64,000 bases of DNA from Amoebophrya sp. A120. Taxonomy: Eukaryota > Protista > Dinoflagellata. Below are positions 1-14,000 of the stretch, in pieces. The notes below the pieces were generated by a model, which saw only the letters and a program-made list of their open reading frames with translations, was not told the DNA's origin and searched no databases. The position numbers were made by a program, and so were the translations under genes. The number at the start of each line of letters is the position of its first letter. The stretch's first letter is position 1. The DNA is taken from NCBI GenBank assembly GCA_905178155.1, contig CAJINV010000002.1, positions 13,093,295-13,157,294 on the forward strand. The letters run 5' to 3'.

Positions 1-4
1 GCGA

Positions 5-3000
5 GTGACGGAGATCCAAGTTGTATTCGACAGTCGTGCGGAGGAAGCGTTTCGCTGCGCCCGTCGCCGCCTTGAGAAGACTAGTGCGTCTGAGCAGAAC
101 GAGTTCTTGCGGTATTCGGAGTGGCAGTCATGTTCCCAATTTATTGACGACCTTCAGGTAGTTGCCCATCACGAAGTAGCGGACGACTTACAGACCGACC
201 GCGATCTCCCGGAAGAGTTAGACGAGAGGACGCATATAGTCTGTTGCTGCTGCAGATACAAATTGCAGGAAGGGGAGCTGCCGTGTCTCTGCGAGCAATT
301 AACTGACATATATCCTCCCGGGGTAGACTCAAACTTCGGCACGTGCGATTTCGAATTTCGCGAGGCTTTGGTCAAGCTTGCAGTCGGGTCATCTTTAGAG
401 TGGGATCCGTGTTCGAACCCGCAAGCAATAGAGATGGGAAGTACTGCGTCTCTTTTTCGATCAAGCAGGGACCTCACTCTGTTGGCATGTAGCATTAATG
501 GCCTAGCGCTTCGCTACGCGACCCCAGTTTTACGCAAGGACTCGGATTTAGTCCGGGTTGCAGTGTCCAGGGATTGGCGATCTTTACGCTTCGCAGATGT
601 ACTCCTAAGATCCTCGCTGGAGTACGAGGACATTGCTGAGTGTGCAATCAGGCAAAACGGATGGGCCTACAAGTATCTTCGAGGCGACCTTCAACACAGT
701 ATTTCCATGATCAAGCTAGCCGTGGAGCACAAACCGTGGTGTCTCCGTTGTGTTCCTGCGGAAGTGCGGGCTTCATCTGCCGAAATACTTGCGAGAGCTG
801 CAGCAACGGACGGAGTTCCCGCACTAAAATTTTGCGCGCAGCGCCTGCAAACAAAGCAATTGCTGCAAGTGGCGGTGAAGTCGAATGGACTAGCGCTGAA
901 GTATTGTTTGCCCGAGCTTGTTGATAGTAGTATTGTGGAGCTCGCTGTGCTGGAAAATCCATACGCTCTTCGGTTCGTAACAGACGAAGCACTCAGAAGT
1001 GACGCTGGCATCCTACTGAAACTCCTTCGCGGTCCGAGCCCGATGCTGCGAGCTTCTTGGCATTTTCCATGGAAAGGAACGACAGATAGCTTAGCTCTTG
1101 GCTTTGGGAGCAGGCACTGTGTACCACAAACCGGGGGAAGTCCTTCAATTTTTCCACTCCCATTTTTTTCCGCCAAAGATAGAAGTGGCTCGTCACAGTC
1201 TTGCGGCGACGAACTCGCTAGTGAGAGCGCGGCTTGTTCTGAACACAAATGCACGCCTTCCTGCGGTTGTTCCGCGTGTTTGCTCGCTAGTACAAAGTGG
1301 AATCGCACGCCAGCCCGATTTTCGAAATGTTTGCGAGCTACCACAAATGAAACGGTGAGGCGACACGCATGTCTCTTGCAGCGGTACATTCAAGTCGCCG
1401 ACTTCTGTGGAGATGGAGAGCACATCTGTAACGCAGTTTGCCACCGGCAGGGGCACTTCTACCCCACTACTGACGAGTTTACTGAGAGCAATGATGTTCT
1501 CACAGCGCACTTCGAGAACCTGCAGGAGGAAGAGTTCGCTTCAGTTCCAGAGGATCTTCCTGCCTTAATCCTACAGAAAGGGAAGCAAGCTGATCTCTGC
1601 GATAACACGGAACTCATTCGCCAGTGCGTCAAGCTTGACGGACTTTGCCTCGAGCACGCTAGTCTCCGACTCCGTTGTGATCGCGAAATCGTCCGAGAGG
1701 CAGTCGCTCAAAACCATGACGCGCTGCTTTTTGCAGAAGGTGACCTGCGTCGAGACCCAGAATTTATTGTGGAACTTATGGAACACGCGTGCGCAGGTTC
1801 GTTTTGGAACGCAGACAAGGAAACTGTGCAGGATGTTTTACTTCTCGGACGCGCCGGCAGGGATCTCTCGTTACGGGCCTTTCGCGCACGGCCCTGCCTC
1901 CTGGAATTTGCGCAGCCAGAATTCAAGAAGGATTCCGCTATCGCTGAAGCGGTGTTGGCTCTTGATGGCACAGCCCTGCGGTTTTTGGATCCTCTTTTTC
2001 AACGCGAAAGGCGCTTCGTGCATCTTGCGATGACAGCTGGCGGTTGTCTCGATCACGCCGCGGAGTCGCTGCGACACGACGATGAATATGAAAATCAATT
2101 CCGTTTCAGTGTCCTTGTCGGTTGTGAGGAAATTTTTCTCATCACCCTCTTGCCGCAAAGTTTTTCGTATGCAGAAGCAACATACGTCCCTCGTGCGGTA
2201 CGATGGACGTAAGGCACGGTGCCTCATGAGGCACGGTGCCTCATCTCATGCGATTGGCAATACGTAAAGCCACTGTTTTCCTATGCAAAGCTGTAAGCCT
2301 TTTCTGCTCAGGTGCGATTTTGTGTTTGGCATCAGCAGAAGATATCGAGAAATAAGCGCTATCAGTGCGGCGCCCGCTTTGCCTCTCGCTGACGCGCGGG
2401 CGCGCCTCGTGAGAATTATGACGTGCAAAGATTTGTTTATGAGTTGCAAAGACGCGGCATTTGCATTTGAACTGATCCCACGACTACTTCTGGCAACAGT
2501 CAGCTTCGCAAGAGACCGACAGAGGTAACGATTACAATTTTCATAAGCCGTTGATTCGAGAACAGATCCTGTCGAATGCTGGAAAACTTAGCGCTTTATC
2601 TCTGAACGAGCGATACACGGCTCGTCGAAAACTCTTGCCTTATTGGGAACAGACCATGAATCGGACTGCGAATAGAACCTGTGGCGATCCAGTTCTACTA
2701 GAAGCCGCACTACTCCTCGGTATCGCTACTTATAAGCACATCCCATGCGATCTTGATCACGTTCTTACTCCAGCAATGGCACGATCCACGCTGAAGGAGC
2801 TACGCCGTACATTCGGACTCTTACCTCTCAATCCCCCGCCAAAGCACCTCAGCGACATCCCGTCTTCGATGCAAGGTGATCCCTTGGTCCAATGCGAATT
2901 CTATGTGGAGGCTGTGACTACTCGTCGTCGCAACCTCGAACGAGATACAATTTTCACCGGATTGACTACGACCCAGGCCTTCTGCCAAACCTTCTTTCTG

Positions 3001-3456
3001 TACATGGATGTCGAGGACGAAGCTTCGGTGTTCTATTCGTCGAAGGAGGACGCGGAGGAGTACGCGCTCTGGACGCTGCAACGAGCTCCCTGGGGCGCAG
3101 AAGTGTACTTCCTGTTTCCGAACTCCGTCCGCGATTCTGCAAAAATTCAAGACGCGTTTTTTCAGTTGTGTGGCGAACCGCTTGAAATCGGAAATTTGGT
3201 TGGCTTTACTTTGATGCATTGCGCGGAGCTCACGAGAAAAAGGTGTACGACATTAGAAGGAGAATGGTCTAAATATGAGCGCAGCCGGAAAAGCGGGGTG
3301 CCCGAAGTCACCTGGAGAACAACCGGGACCTACAGCCCGGTCGAACAATATCTCCGCTTGCGGTTGCCAGCAGGCCACGAGACCCCCGAGAAGAGTGCAC
3401 AGCTTAGCACAGCTGAAGCCCGTAGAGAGATGATGGCTCCGCCACCTTTTGCCTAA
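5..3456 (+). CDS. DUF4116-repeat protein (exons ~5-2086 and ~2548-3456; 5' end may lie upstream of the window)
   Basis: Many copies of the DUF4116-type motif (NGLALRYATPVLRKDSDLVRVAV, DWRSLRFADVLLR, NGLALKYC, DGLCLEHASLRLRCDREIVREAV, DGTALRFLD). ORF 5..2212 joins ORF 2551..3456 in frame across an IR-bounded intron, giving ..HDDE/PLIREQIL. Confidence 0.8.
2087..2547 (+). mobile_element. Non-canonical introner-like intron in the DUF4116 gene
   Basis: Perfect terminal IR TATGAAAAT (2087-2095) / ATTTTCATA (2537-2545). Removal restores the frame. The likely register is TA..AG, with no GT donor. Confidence 0.7.
2212..2244. repeat. Tandem duplication of a 17-nt quasi-palindrome inside the intron
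   Basis: AGGCACGGTGCCTCATG followed by AGGCACGGTGCCTCAT; each unit is self-complementary around a central G. Confidence 0.9.
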
Positions 3457-5871
3457 GTAGTAGTTTCTTCAGCATCCATTGCGCCTTCCGACCATCCACC
3501 GAAAAGATAAGTTGATCAATCGTTCGAGGAAAGAAGTAAGATTTGTGGATTCTACGATCGTCCTGGTTATTGAATAGCAATGGCAGTACCGTTTTTGAGC
3601 GACCTTTTCTGCGCGTTCATATAAAACTGCGCGACGAAAGGGGTGCAACCTGCCTTCTCGACCCCATGCGTGACGTGGATGATTTTATTGATTTTTTTGA
3701 AAGAGAAACCAGCAGATAAGATGAACTTAGTATCAGCAACATGGAATCGTCTACGACGTGACTGAACATTTATCGTGTGCTAGGACCAATCTAATAAATA
3801 GAAACTGCGCAGCGTATTCATAATTCAGTAACTACTTTCGAAGTATTCAGCAACTACCGATGCCTGGTTTCTGTCGCGCCAAGTTGAAGGTGACCGGCGC
3901 GTCAGAATTCTGTATGATAAGGCGCGCGGACACCCATCAGAAGGTGAATTTCTCCACGTGGAAAATCCTGAACCTGATTTGACGAAGACAAGATGAAAAC
4001 GAAGCGAATTGAGGAAAGAAGGTATGCGATTTGTTTTCCACCTTCATTTTGCAGGAGTATCTTCAAGGCGATCAACTTTGCCGTCAACTCTACTCAGTCG
4101 CCAGGTATTAGTTCATCCGTCCCTTCCCTGCAGAGAAAGGAAAAAAGCTCATCACATGCAAAGCTCTTGCCTACGTGAGCACGAATGTAAAGCAATAAAT
4201 CTTCAAGGGTCCTCAGCGCTGGTTTCGCCAGGACCTAGACCTGCAAAAGAGGCACTTTCTCCCACTGTCACACAATTCCATCGGCAATTTCTCTGGAGTG
4301 ATCTTTTTCTTTGTAGTTCTCGACTAAAAATACAAACTGCGTAAGTAGCAAAGCCAAAGTTGATCATGCCGCATAATTATAGTTGCTCCGTCACTCCCTT
4401 TCCAGTTCATGCTCATCGTGATCACCGGGTACTTGAATTTGGACAGAGGAAGCTTGCATCTGAATCATGATTTGAAGACTTAGCTGGCTCTAGAAGTGGA
4501 TTAGATCTTCATATGTAACCAGTCAGGTCACCGAGCGGTTCTACCGTGCAACGCTAATTGCGCCTCGTCGAAATAAGAAAGCTACAGCATAGGATTCACC
4601 AAGCAGCTTGCAAACGAAACGATCCCTACAGAAAACACGCCGCAGAAGGTAGAACTGCCTACAGGCGTTCTCAGCAATAGAGCATCACCAAACTAAACGT
4701 TATTGCTACATACAGGAGTAGACAGCCTATCAAGAGGTAATCGCTTTTGATAGCGCAGGAGCAGGTCGTGGGGGGTATACCCTGAATCCGGAAACTCTCT
4801 TCCATTGGCTCTGAATATGGAAACAGATCTGAATAAGTAGTGCAATCCCCTTCACGCGCCGGTTGGTGAATTCATAGCTTTGAGCTCCGTTGACGCCTCG
4901 TTGTCGTGTGCTCAGGGCCAGCGAACAGCAGAGTTTAGCAGTGTTTAGGCGTCACAGGCGTAGGAGATGATCTCATCTGAAGCTGATCCGGTGCTCCTCC
5001 GAAGATCCATAACTGACTCCGCTGTCATCTGCAATTGCTCCGCATCATCAGAGATCCATCGGACACGGAATAAAGGAGAGCTTCCTCCGCGAAAAATAGC
5101 ACGTACTAACTTGGGTATCCACGGCGCAGTCTGGAGCTGTCCGCGCCAAGATCAGGATCATCAATTTTTGTGATGTCAATTATAGGCTGCTCCAGATAAT
5201 CAAAGCACTCTCCGAAGTTGCACAACGAACAAGCCACGATTGCAACACAATTGCTGTCAGCGACCAAGTACTGAGTCACGGGATCACGCACGTTGATCGC
5301 GTGATCAGTTGCCGCAGGCACACACGGTCGGCATTTCGTTGCAGGCGCATCGATGCTGTAGCTGTTTCTGGTGGTTCATGATCACAAGGAAGATCTCTAC
5401 CTCTCCTGCCGCTTGCAGCGATGTGATTATTTTCGCATTGGTGGATATCTATGAAAACAACACACTTGAAATTTTTGCAATCATTCCATGGCATTTCAGG
5501 TCCCGCCGCTTTTCCACCTGCCTGGTTCTGTCATCTTTATGACTTACTCTCATATTTATGGAGGTACACAACGCTAGATAGTGTAGTCTCGAAAAGTCTT
5601 CTTGAGGTGTTTGTCTTTCATCCTTCTCCGATCTTCCTGAGTTTAGGATGGCAGGTAGAATTTTTTTTATTTTTGTTTATTAACCATCTGCCCCAGACGT
5701 GAATTGGAAAGGCGCAGGACTGCATAGTGTTGAAACTCAGCATATTATTGAATACTTGTCTGTTGCCATTTGTCGTGGTATGTGGGGGGACAAAAAAAGT
5801 GCGCATCTTATCAAATATAAGGTGGGGATATTGATGGATAGCTTGTTTATTTCTTCAAAAGCAAAACGACA

Positions 5872-7252
5872 ATGCCGACGCTTTGCAGTCGGAAGAAGTT
5901 TGCAGCGGTGATGGTTTGCCTCCAGCAATATTGTCACGCCGGTCAGCCACAACAAAAGTGCCGGCCTCTTCCAAATAAGTCGTTGCCAGTCCAGCGAGCA
6001 GAGTGCTGCGCGGACGGCTCCGACGGGGAGACGACGGGACACAGCTGCGCCTCCGACCTGGAAGAGGGTGCCCCGCCGGAGGAATCGGACAACGGCTGGA
6101 GAATGGCGGTGAACGGCTCAGGCGGCGGCTCAGCCAGCAAGAGTGGGGCCGAGCCAATTGCTCAGGAGAGCGAGGCTCTTGAGACGTTGAACAGAGCAGT
6201 GACTCCAGAAAAGCGAAACCGTCTGGAAATCGAAAACTCGTGCCGCAACGAAGAGAGCGTGGACCTCTGTCGCCAGCAAGCGGGGGCCGAGCGTGCTTTG
6301 GCTGCAAAGAAAAGATCCGATGAAAAAACACAGCAAGTGAGAGTGAGGCATGAAACGCTGTATAATTCACAAAAGAATGAAAGCACCGATATAGAGGCAG
6401 AACTAAAGCAGCAAAGCGAAAGAGAAGAGGACGCGGAACTGGGGCACAGCGGATACTGTCCCCTTAACCTTGACAGTAAGCTGCCGCTTCTGTCTAGTCA
6501 CGCAATGGCGAAGAGGATGCTGAAGCTGAATGGACATGAGGCAAAAGTCTGGGTCTCGAGTCGCAAAACAACTGACGCTGAGCGAGGCATCCCTTATGCT
6601 GATGAAAACGAGCAAGTCTCCTACCGTGCAATGTTGCGATCCCGTAACAAGTTTTACCGATTGGTTGAGCTTGTCTGCAAGGCCTGCGAATTCACCTTCC
6701 GCTTTACCTTCGAAACGGATTTCGCGCCGGATGAGGTTTTCAAAAAAAAGCTGTTTGGATTGCATGACAAAGAAGCTAGAGTCAGATACCGAGCCGATCA
6801 ACATAAGTTCCAGGAAGAGGTTTTGCTTTTATCCATAGAATATTAGAACGCACTTGGGGAAAACATATAAAACATATTTGAGGCCTAGGACTATACAGAA
6901 AATGTATATCCCGCCACAAAGCTCGCGACGTTTTCTTTCCATCACGATGCAATTTACACCACATGGGTGACTGTGCTAATTTCAACCAGCGCAAGAATTT
7001 TTTTTTGAGTGTCGACACAAAGAATGTGAATCAGGACAAGCTGCAAAACGTACTGGCTTGGAGAAACCTGACGACTTCAGAAGTTCTGCAAGATCCGTCA
7101 TGAAAGGGAGGCTCTTTCCAGGCAATTTGTTGGCATATGAGAGCGCATTGTCATCTTTTGGTCGGTAACGTCTCATCACGCTTGCGAGTGGTCGTGCATC
7201 TGCATTCGACTTCGGTCATTACATCGATACGAAAACGCAAAAAGATCCATGA
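5872..7252 (+). CDS. Hypothetical protein (acidic/coiled-coil N-half); exon 1 5872-~6819, exon 2 ~6989-7168 (TAA) or to 7252 (TGA)
   Basis: 324-aa ATG-initiated ORF with protein-like composition. A downstream frame (AQEFFFECRHKECESG..) joins in phase across a non-canonical gap of ~170 nt. No family recognised. Confidence 0.5.
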
Positions 7253-8092
7253 TCTCCCAATGGAAACTCACAGAAAATATATATCTCATGCGAAGGCACG
7301 TCCGCAACCGCAACCTCCGCACAAGTAAAGCCAGTATCGCACGAACGAACCAGCGACAAGTCAAAACGAAAGAAAAGTTCAGATACAAAGATCTAGAGGT
7401 AGAAAACAAGGAGCTGCATCAAGATGCAAAAGTACAATTGGAATGGTCAGGGTCGTCGACTATCGATACTTGCCGAGCAGCCTCTATCTTCGATTAAAGA
7501 TCGCACGCGGACCTGCCGTCGCGTGCTGACGTGTTGAAAATTCTCAAACTTTCCTTCTTGTTGTACTGATTCCTTGTTGTACAATTTACGTACTTGTGCT
7601 GAACTAATCTATCAAAACAACCAAAAAGACAAACATAATATGAATTTATAATTTGTGGCCTTTTGTTGGAATGAGTACGAGCAGCAGTATTCCTCAATTG
7701 CTCGCATTGGCGACAAACTTCTATGCACAGTGTTTGTCTCTATGGTGATGATATCACCAACATCTATAATTCTGGCCGACGAAGGTTCTCTTTTAATTGG
7801 GGAGTCGGCATATACATAAATATACTTGTCTCCTGATACTGATACTCAGTCAAACTCATACTGGGAATCGGCATGTACTCCTGATATTGATATCTGTCTC
7901 GTAAGCCAATAAGTATTCAGTATTCATTTCACTTCCTTGTGTATTGCGTTTACTTTGGAAGTAGATGTGCCGACCATTAAAGACGTGTAGTTTGTGCACA
8001 GCTAACAATGTAGTTAGTAAAACAGGACACTGGTGTCTTCCAGCAGGGCCGTGCCACTTCTGAGAAGAAACAAGAGTAGCAGTGGGTCTCAC

Positions 8093-11000
8093 ATGCGGCC
8101 ATCAGCTACCGGAGACGAACTTAGCCGTGAGCGGATCTGGGTAAATTCGTCTTCGCAAGGGAACTATGGAACACGCCTCGAGCGCGCGCGGGCTCCAGGG
8201 AAGGACTGGCAGACCAGCTGGACCGCCACCATGGAAGAACCCTGGGCCAGGCGGTCTACGGCACATGAAGGCTACATCAAGGGTCGCACGACGGACGAAT
8301 CCTGCCCACAACGTATGGAACGCCTAGAGGGCTACACCAAGGGTCGCACGACAGACGAATCCTGCCCACCACGTAGAGAATGCATAGGACAAGGCTACAC
8401 CAAGGGTCGCACGACGGAGGAGTCAGGCCCACCTCGTAGGGAACGCAGGGAGGGCTACACCAAGGGTCGAACGACGAAAGAATCTTGCGATAGGGGACGA
8501 ATTGCCCCAGAATGTTATGCTAGAGAACTTGCGACGGAGAAGCACCTGGTCAACGGGAGCGCCACAAAATCACCCGCGATTTCTGCCAGAGATGGTTCGT
8601 TTGTGGTTGGTGAGCTGCTCGGGCGCGGTGGTACGGAAATCCTAAATTGATGTTTTAGTTGTGGACTAAAAACTCGGGCAACATTTTTTCTTTACGATAG
8701 ATACAGCCATCAGCTCTTCTCGGAAAGCAAGAAGGAAAGAAGCAATGCTCTGCTTTCTAAACCTTGATGTACGACACCCCATCTCCGAAATCTATCATGG
8801 GAATTTGTTTCGTAGGCCCGTGTTTTGACTTTCTGTAACTCCGACAGGCAGCGCAGCTATTGATTTCTGTACATGCAGGTCGTGCACACTGCGCAATGAC
8901 AGGCCACTTGCATTCGTAAATGAATCCGTTAGTTACTGAATTCTCATCGAAATCGAAGCCGCCGGCCAGCACATCAGGCCAGTGTAGCAGGTGATATTTA
9001 CGCACTTCTTGACCGTACTTTTCTCCTCAACACAATTCAGGTTCTGGACAAGTTTATCGCGTCACAGACAAAAACGGAATTGATTATGCCCTCAAACTCG
9101 TGACTGCGACGCGGAAGGAGAGTTTGCAGAAACTTCAAGCCGAAGTGGCGCTTCTGAGGCAGCTGTCGTCAGGGCGATCGTGTCTTCTCGACAGACCTAC
9201 TGTACAGGAAGAGCCGGATAAGAAGAGCACCGGAACGAGCTCTTCCGGCTCACATCAAGGACCGCGACGCGCTGGGCCGCGATACTCGACCGGCTGTCCT
9301 GTCGTGCACTGTTATGCAGCTGCTGAGCCCCCTAATTACAACCTCCAAATAGTGTAACTTGAACGCGTCTCATCCGAGCATGTGTGATAGGATGCTTAAT
9401 GACCTATCAAAACGACTCTTCATTTAGGAGCGCTTTTTCATATCGTCCGATCAGTTTTACTTTTGCCTTCGCTCTTGCCGAGGACTAGAATCATGATCAG
9501 AGGGACACTCAGTCCCGTTTCTATGTTTGTGATCAGTATTTTAAAAAAGGAACATTCCGTCCTGACCGTTCGTATCGCATCACGAGTGCGGATTAGCGGG
9601 CTCGCGTCCACAAAATCTACGACACCAGAATCGACTGGGCTCGACTGCAAATGTATTTTTTGATGGAGCTGGCTGATTGTGACTTCGACACGCTTCATAA
9701 ACAGTTTTTCTCGGAGCGACGGAAACAAGATTTGGTGGCCGAGCGATGCGTTGATCATTCTACCCCCGGTCCCGAAATGGGAGAGGGAATGCCTTTTGAG
9801 ATGATTGGCCAATACTGGGGCCAGATGATAGACGCTGTCGAGTACATTCATGCACAGAACATCATTCACTTCGACCTGAAGCCCGCAAACTTCCTGCTTT
9901 TCGAAAAAAAGCAGCGCGTAAAGCTTGCAGATTTCGGCCTGGCACAGATGCTGTACGAGGAGCAAACGCACATAAGCCGACATGGCCAGGTACGGTTATT
10001 ATTTATTACCCCATGTGAGTGTCTTGCTATGTTCTATGTTAGTTTTTTATCGCCTAGTATAGCATCAAAACCTTGTTCCATCTGATGTATGCTTGTCAAA
10101 GTTGTGTGTCGATCCTCCTCCCTCTCCAAGAATATAAATATAAGTGAGACACATTCTTTATCTCAGTGTGGCACCTTTCTGTACATGGCTCCTGAAGCGT
10201 TTTACCAGGGGGATCAGTACGAACAGAGCATGAAGCTACGGTTTGGCGTTGACATCTGGTCACTGGGAATCATCCTGTATGCGATGCTCTACGAACGCCC
10301 ACCGCACTTCTGCCTTCTCAAGGACAGAAATACAGGATAGGCGAAGAAACAAAAGTCTTCTGTTGCTCCCTTGCGTCGCAGCTGCGCGGCTACTTCAGTT
10401 GCTGCATATAGAAAAAATGACCTGCTACAGTTCCTGGAGCTGAGATGTAGTTCTTGTAGTATTCATTTCATTATAGTAGGTTACAGCAAATAGCCTTGAC
10501 TACACTTGCTTGTGGCCGCTTCGGCTTGGGGTCCTGTGACTCTCTTGCACTGAAGATTCATTTTTATATTTGCGTAGTCAGGCTCCGCAAATGCTAGTCA
10601 CTGAATGCAGCAGCGAGAAGGAAGATGCCTGAGATTCCCTCACGTGCACCCAGCACGAAAGTGTATGAAATGGCTCAGCAGCTTAAGCACGCATGGGACG
10701 TACAAGAAGCAACTTTTTTCCTTTAAAGAGAAAAGCCCGTGCCCTGCGGAATGAATCGGGTAATGTGCGCAATTTTGGATCCTTGTATGGAGATTCAGTA
10801 CCCCGCCCAGAAGCATTTTTTTGATGTGCCTGTTTCCTCCAAGGTGTCGTCGCCTGCCTCTGAAGCTGAAGCACAAAGTAGCTCCGCACGAACGGCACGT
10901 CTGACGGAAACGTCTGAGCGTGAGGTAACTCTGCCGGAAATGGAATTAACCGAAGACCGATCTTCGTCTTCGTCGGCTTGCCCGCCGTGCCGTGCGCCTG

Positions 11001-14000
11001 AAGAGGACGTAGCGCGACAAGAGCACCTGATGTACCTTTTGCAAAGCTGCCTAGAACGAGATCTAGAGCAGCGCATTGACACGATTTCGCTACAAGACGA
11101 GTCTTGCGCATTGTTTTCCTTCGATTGGCGCGGCCTCGCCGTTAGCGATCCACTGTGCTCAGGACCACCACTCCTTTCATTTCAAAAAGCAAAGACACGA
11201 CCACTGCCGGGAAGTTTTGTCACCCTACTGCATCGCCCGCAGCATTCTTCGAAAAGTGCAGTCTCAACATTGCCCTCTGAGAACTGCACTACGACACAGA
11301 CTCTCCCCAATGATGGCTTGCAATCATCGGCGAGTGCAGCAAGCAGCCTGGCATCGCATACAACGACTTGTAGAGCAACGCCGATGAACGCAGCGACTCA
11401 GTATCGCGACGCCTGCTTCAGTGAAGTCATCGCGTGTTCTGCGAGCGAGGTCACATTTCAACTAAAGAACCCGGACAACGAATTGGGAAGGACACTAAAT
11501 GAGAAAGTGCAACGCATTTTGCAGAAGACGCAGGAAGACGATGCGCGAGAATCTGGGTTCTTAATGAAGGATGGCGAAACTGTCCCTGATTTAGAAAGCA
11601 AGCTTGTCCACCACAAGAATTTTGCAGAGGTGCCCGGCAGGGCAGCATCTGTGCCGCCTCTGGTTGCCGACGACGCAGCGCTTTCAGGGGGCACAACATG
11701 TAAAGTGAGTGGCGACATTATCAACCTGCCTGCAACGGGTCTAGACGATCACGATGTTGCTCGCGCACCGGATAGGTGTACGCAGGAGAAATTTTGATTG
11801 TACTTATTCGAAAAGTGCGGCTAGAGCCATACGTCTTTCTCACTAACATCGACATTCTGGATTGATAGTTTGAGAATATTTTCAAAAAGCGAGATTTTGG
11901 AGAATGTTTTGCATTGCGATAGATCAACATAAATATAATGTCGTGCATGGCTGTTTATCGCGTTCGGTTCTCGTTGCCAAATGCATGCAATGCAAGACCT
12001 AGACCTTCGAGCGTGTCGGAAAGATTAGAAAAACGCTGTTACGCTCTGGACACTGCAACAAAGACTTTTGTAGCCGGAAGAAAAATGAGAATGGCGGCGG
12101 CACAACAAACCCACGTCCTTCGAAGAGTTTTGCGGTCATACCTCTTCCGGACACCTTATCAAGCAGAGAACATTTTCATAGCGGAGCGATTTGCATTGCA
12201 CTTTGCAGCTCGCTGCCCTTTTCAAAACTTGCATTCGTCTTACGTAGGCATGCTTGCCTGTAAGTAAGGGAAAGAGGCGAACAGAAATATTTTTCAGGGC
12301 TTCTGGGTGCAGCGCGTCGCTACTGGAGAGTCTATTCCATAGAAAAGAACTATCATAAGGAAGAATTGCGCTCCCCGCACTGAAAAAAAAAGAAATCATG
12401 TTCATTTGTGACAACTCCGGTCGTATTGAATGAAGGTAGTGCGAAAAATTTACGTTGCATGTTGTAACCAATTTGTATTGCTGTTTGTGGCGCAGCAGAG
12501 CTACAAGCCATGCCAAACTACAGGTACGCGCATGTATCCCTGCGCAGGCCTAGAAGCTACCTCCTGAACGCCAATTGTCTTTTTCCAATGCAACATGTCT
12601 TGTGAACATACATATCGCACCACACCGAGTGATTTTTTGAGCATGGGTAGGGCATTTTTTTCATTTTCATAAGATTGAGTTTATCCCTTTCCCTAGTCTC
12701 TGTTTGGTGTTTGCGCAGCAAGCAGAAATAAATGCATGCGCTGGGGCCGCGCGAGTGAGTAGGTGTGGGCGCCCGCACTATCAATACTGTATCTGTGTGT
12801 AGCGCAATTACTCATCACGCCGCGACGAAATTGCTTCTCAGCTATAGGAGGATGGGTTGGCAGATGTGTGTGAAGCTCCGGGCGATGATTACCCTTGTCC
12901 AATAGAGGCAGAACCCGGTGCCTCGGCGTGCGATACTACTGCGAAAATAGACGAAGACGCGACGCGTTTTGGAATCGACGACGCAGCAGCGACAACTGGC
13001 TCAGCGGTTTGGAGCACAATCGCCACTTTAGTTGGAACAGTCGGACTCCTCGCGGCATCAGGCGTCATTAGCTCTTTTGTCCCCTCAAATAGTGATCCGA
13101 TCAGGCATAGCTCTGCTGGTGAGCCAGGTAGCGGAGTCGTAGCGTTGCCTCCACAAAGCGTCTTTGGTGGGGGCGATGACGACAGGGGGCACACTAACTG
13201 GCTTACGAATTCCGATCCAGAGCCGTCTGGTCGTCTTGACGTCTCAAGCATACCGCGGGCAGTTACTACAACGAATGTAACTCCAGCACCGCCTGTTGCA
13301 GTGGCGGGCATAGAGCACCATGGTGGGAGTGACGATGACAGGGGGCACACCGGCTGGCTTACGAATACTAATATGGGGCCGCCTGGTCTTGCCGTCTCAA
13401 GCGCACCACCGGCAGTGGCTACAGCAAGTGTAGTAACTCCCGCCCAGCCTGTTGCAGTAACGGGGCCTGACTTGCACGAGGCCCAGCATCAAGAGCACCA
13501 TGGTAGGAGTGACGATGACAGGGGGCATACCGACTCCTGGCTTACGAATACTAATATGGGGCCGTCTGGTCTTGCCGTCTCAAGCGCACCACCGGCAGTG
13601 GCTACAGCAAGTGTAGTAACTCCAGCCCAGCCTGATGCAGTGACTGTGACGGGGACTGACTTGCATGAGGCTCAGCATCAAGAGCACCATGGTGGGAGTG
13701 ACGATGACAGGGGGCACACTGACTTGCTTACGAATTCTAATGTGGGGCCGTCTGGTCTTGCCGTCTCAAGCGCACCACCGGCAGTGGCTACAGCAAGTGT
13801 AGTAACTCCAGCCCAGCCTGATGCAGTGACTGTGACGGGGACTGACTTGCATGAGGCTCCGCATCAAGATCACCATGGTGGGAGTGACGATGACAGGGGG
13901 CGCACTGACTTGCTTACGAATTCTAATGTGGGGCCGTCTGGTCTTGCCGCCTCAAGCGCACCGCTGGCAGTGGCTACAGCAAGTGTAGTAACTCCAGCCC

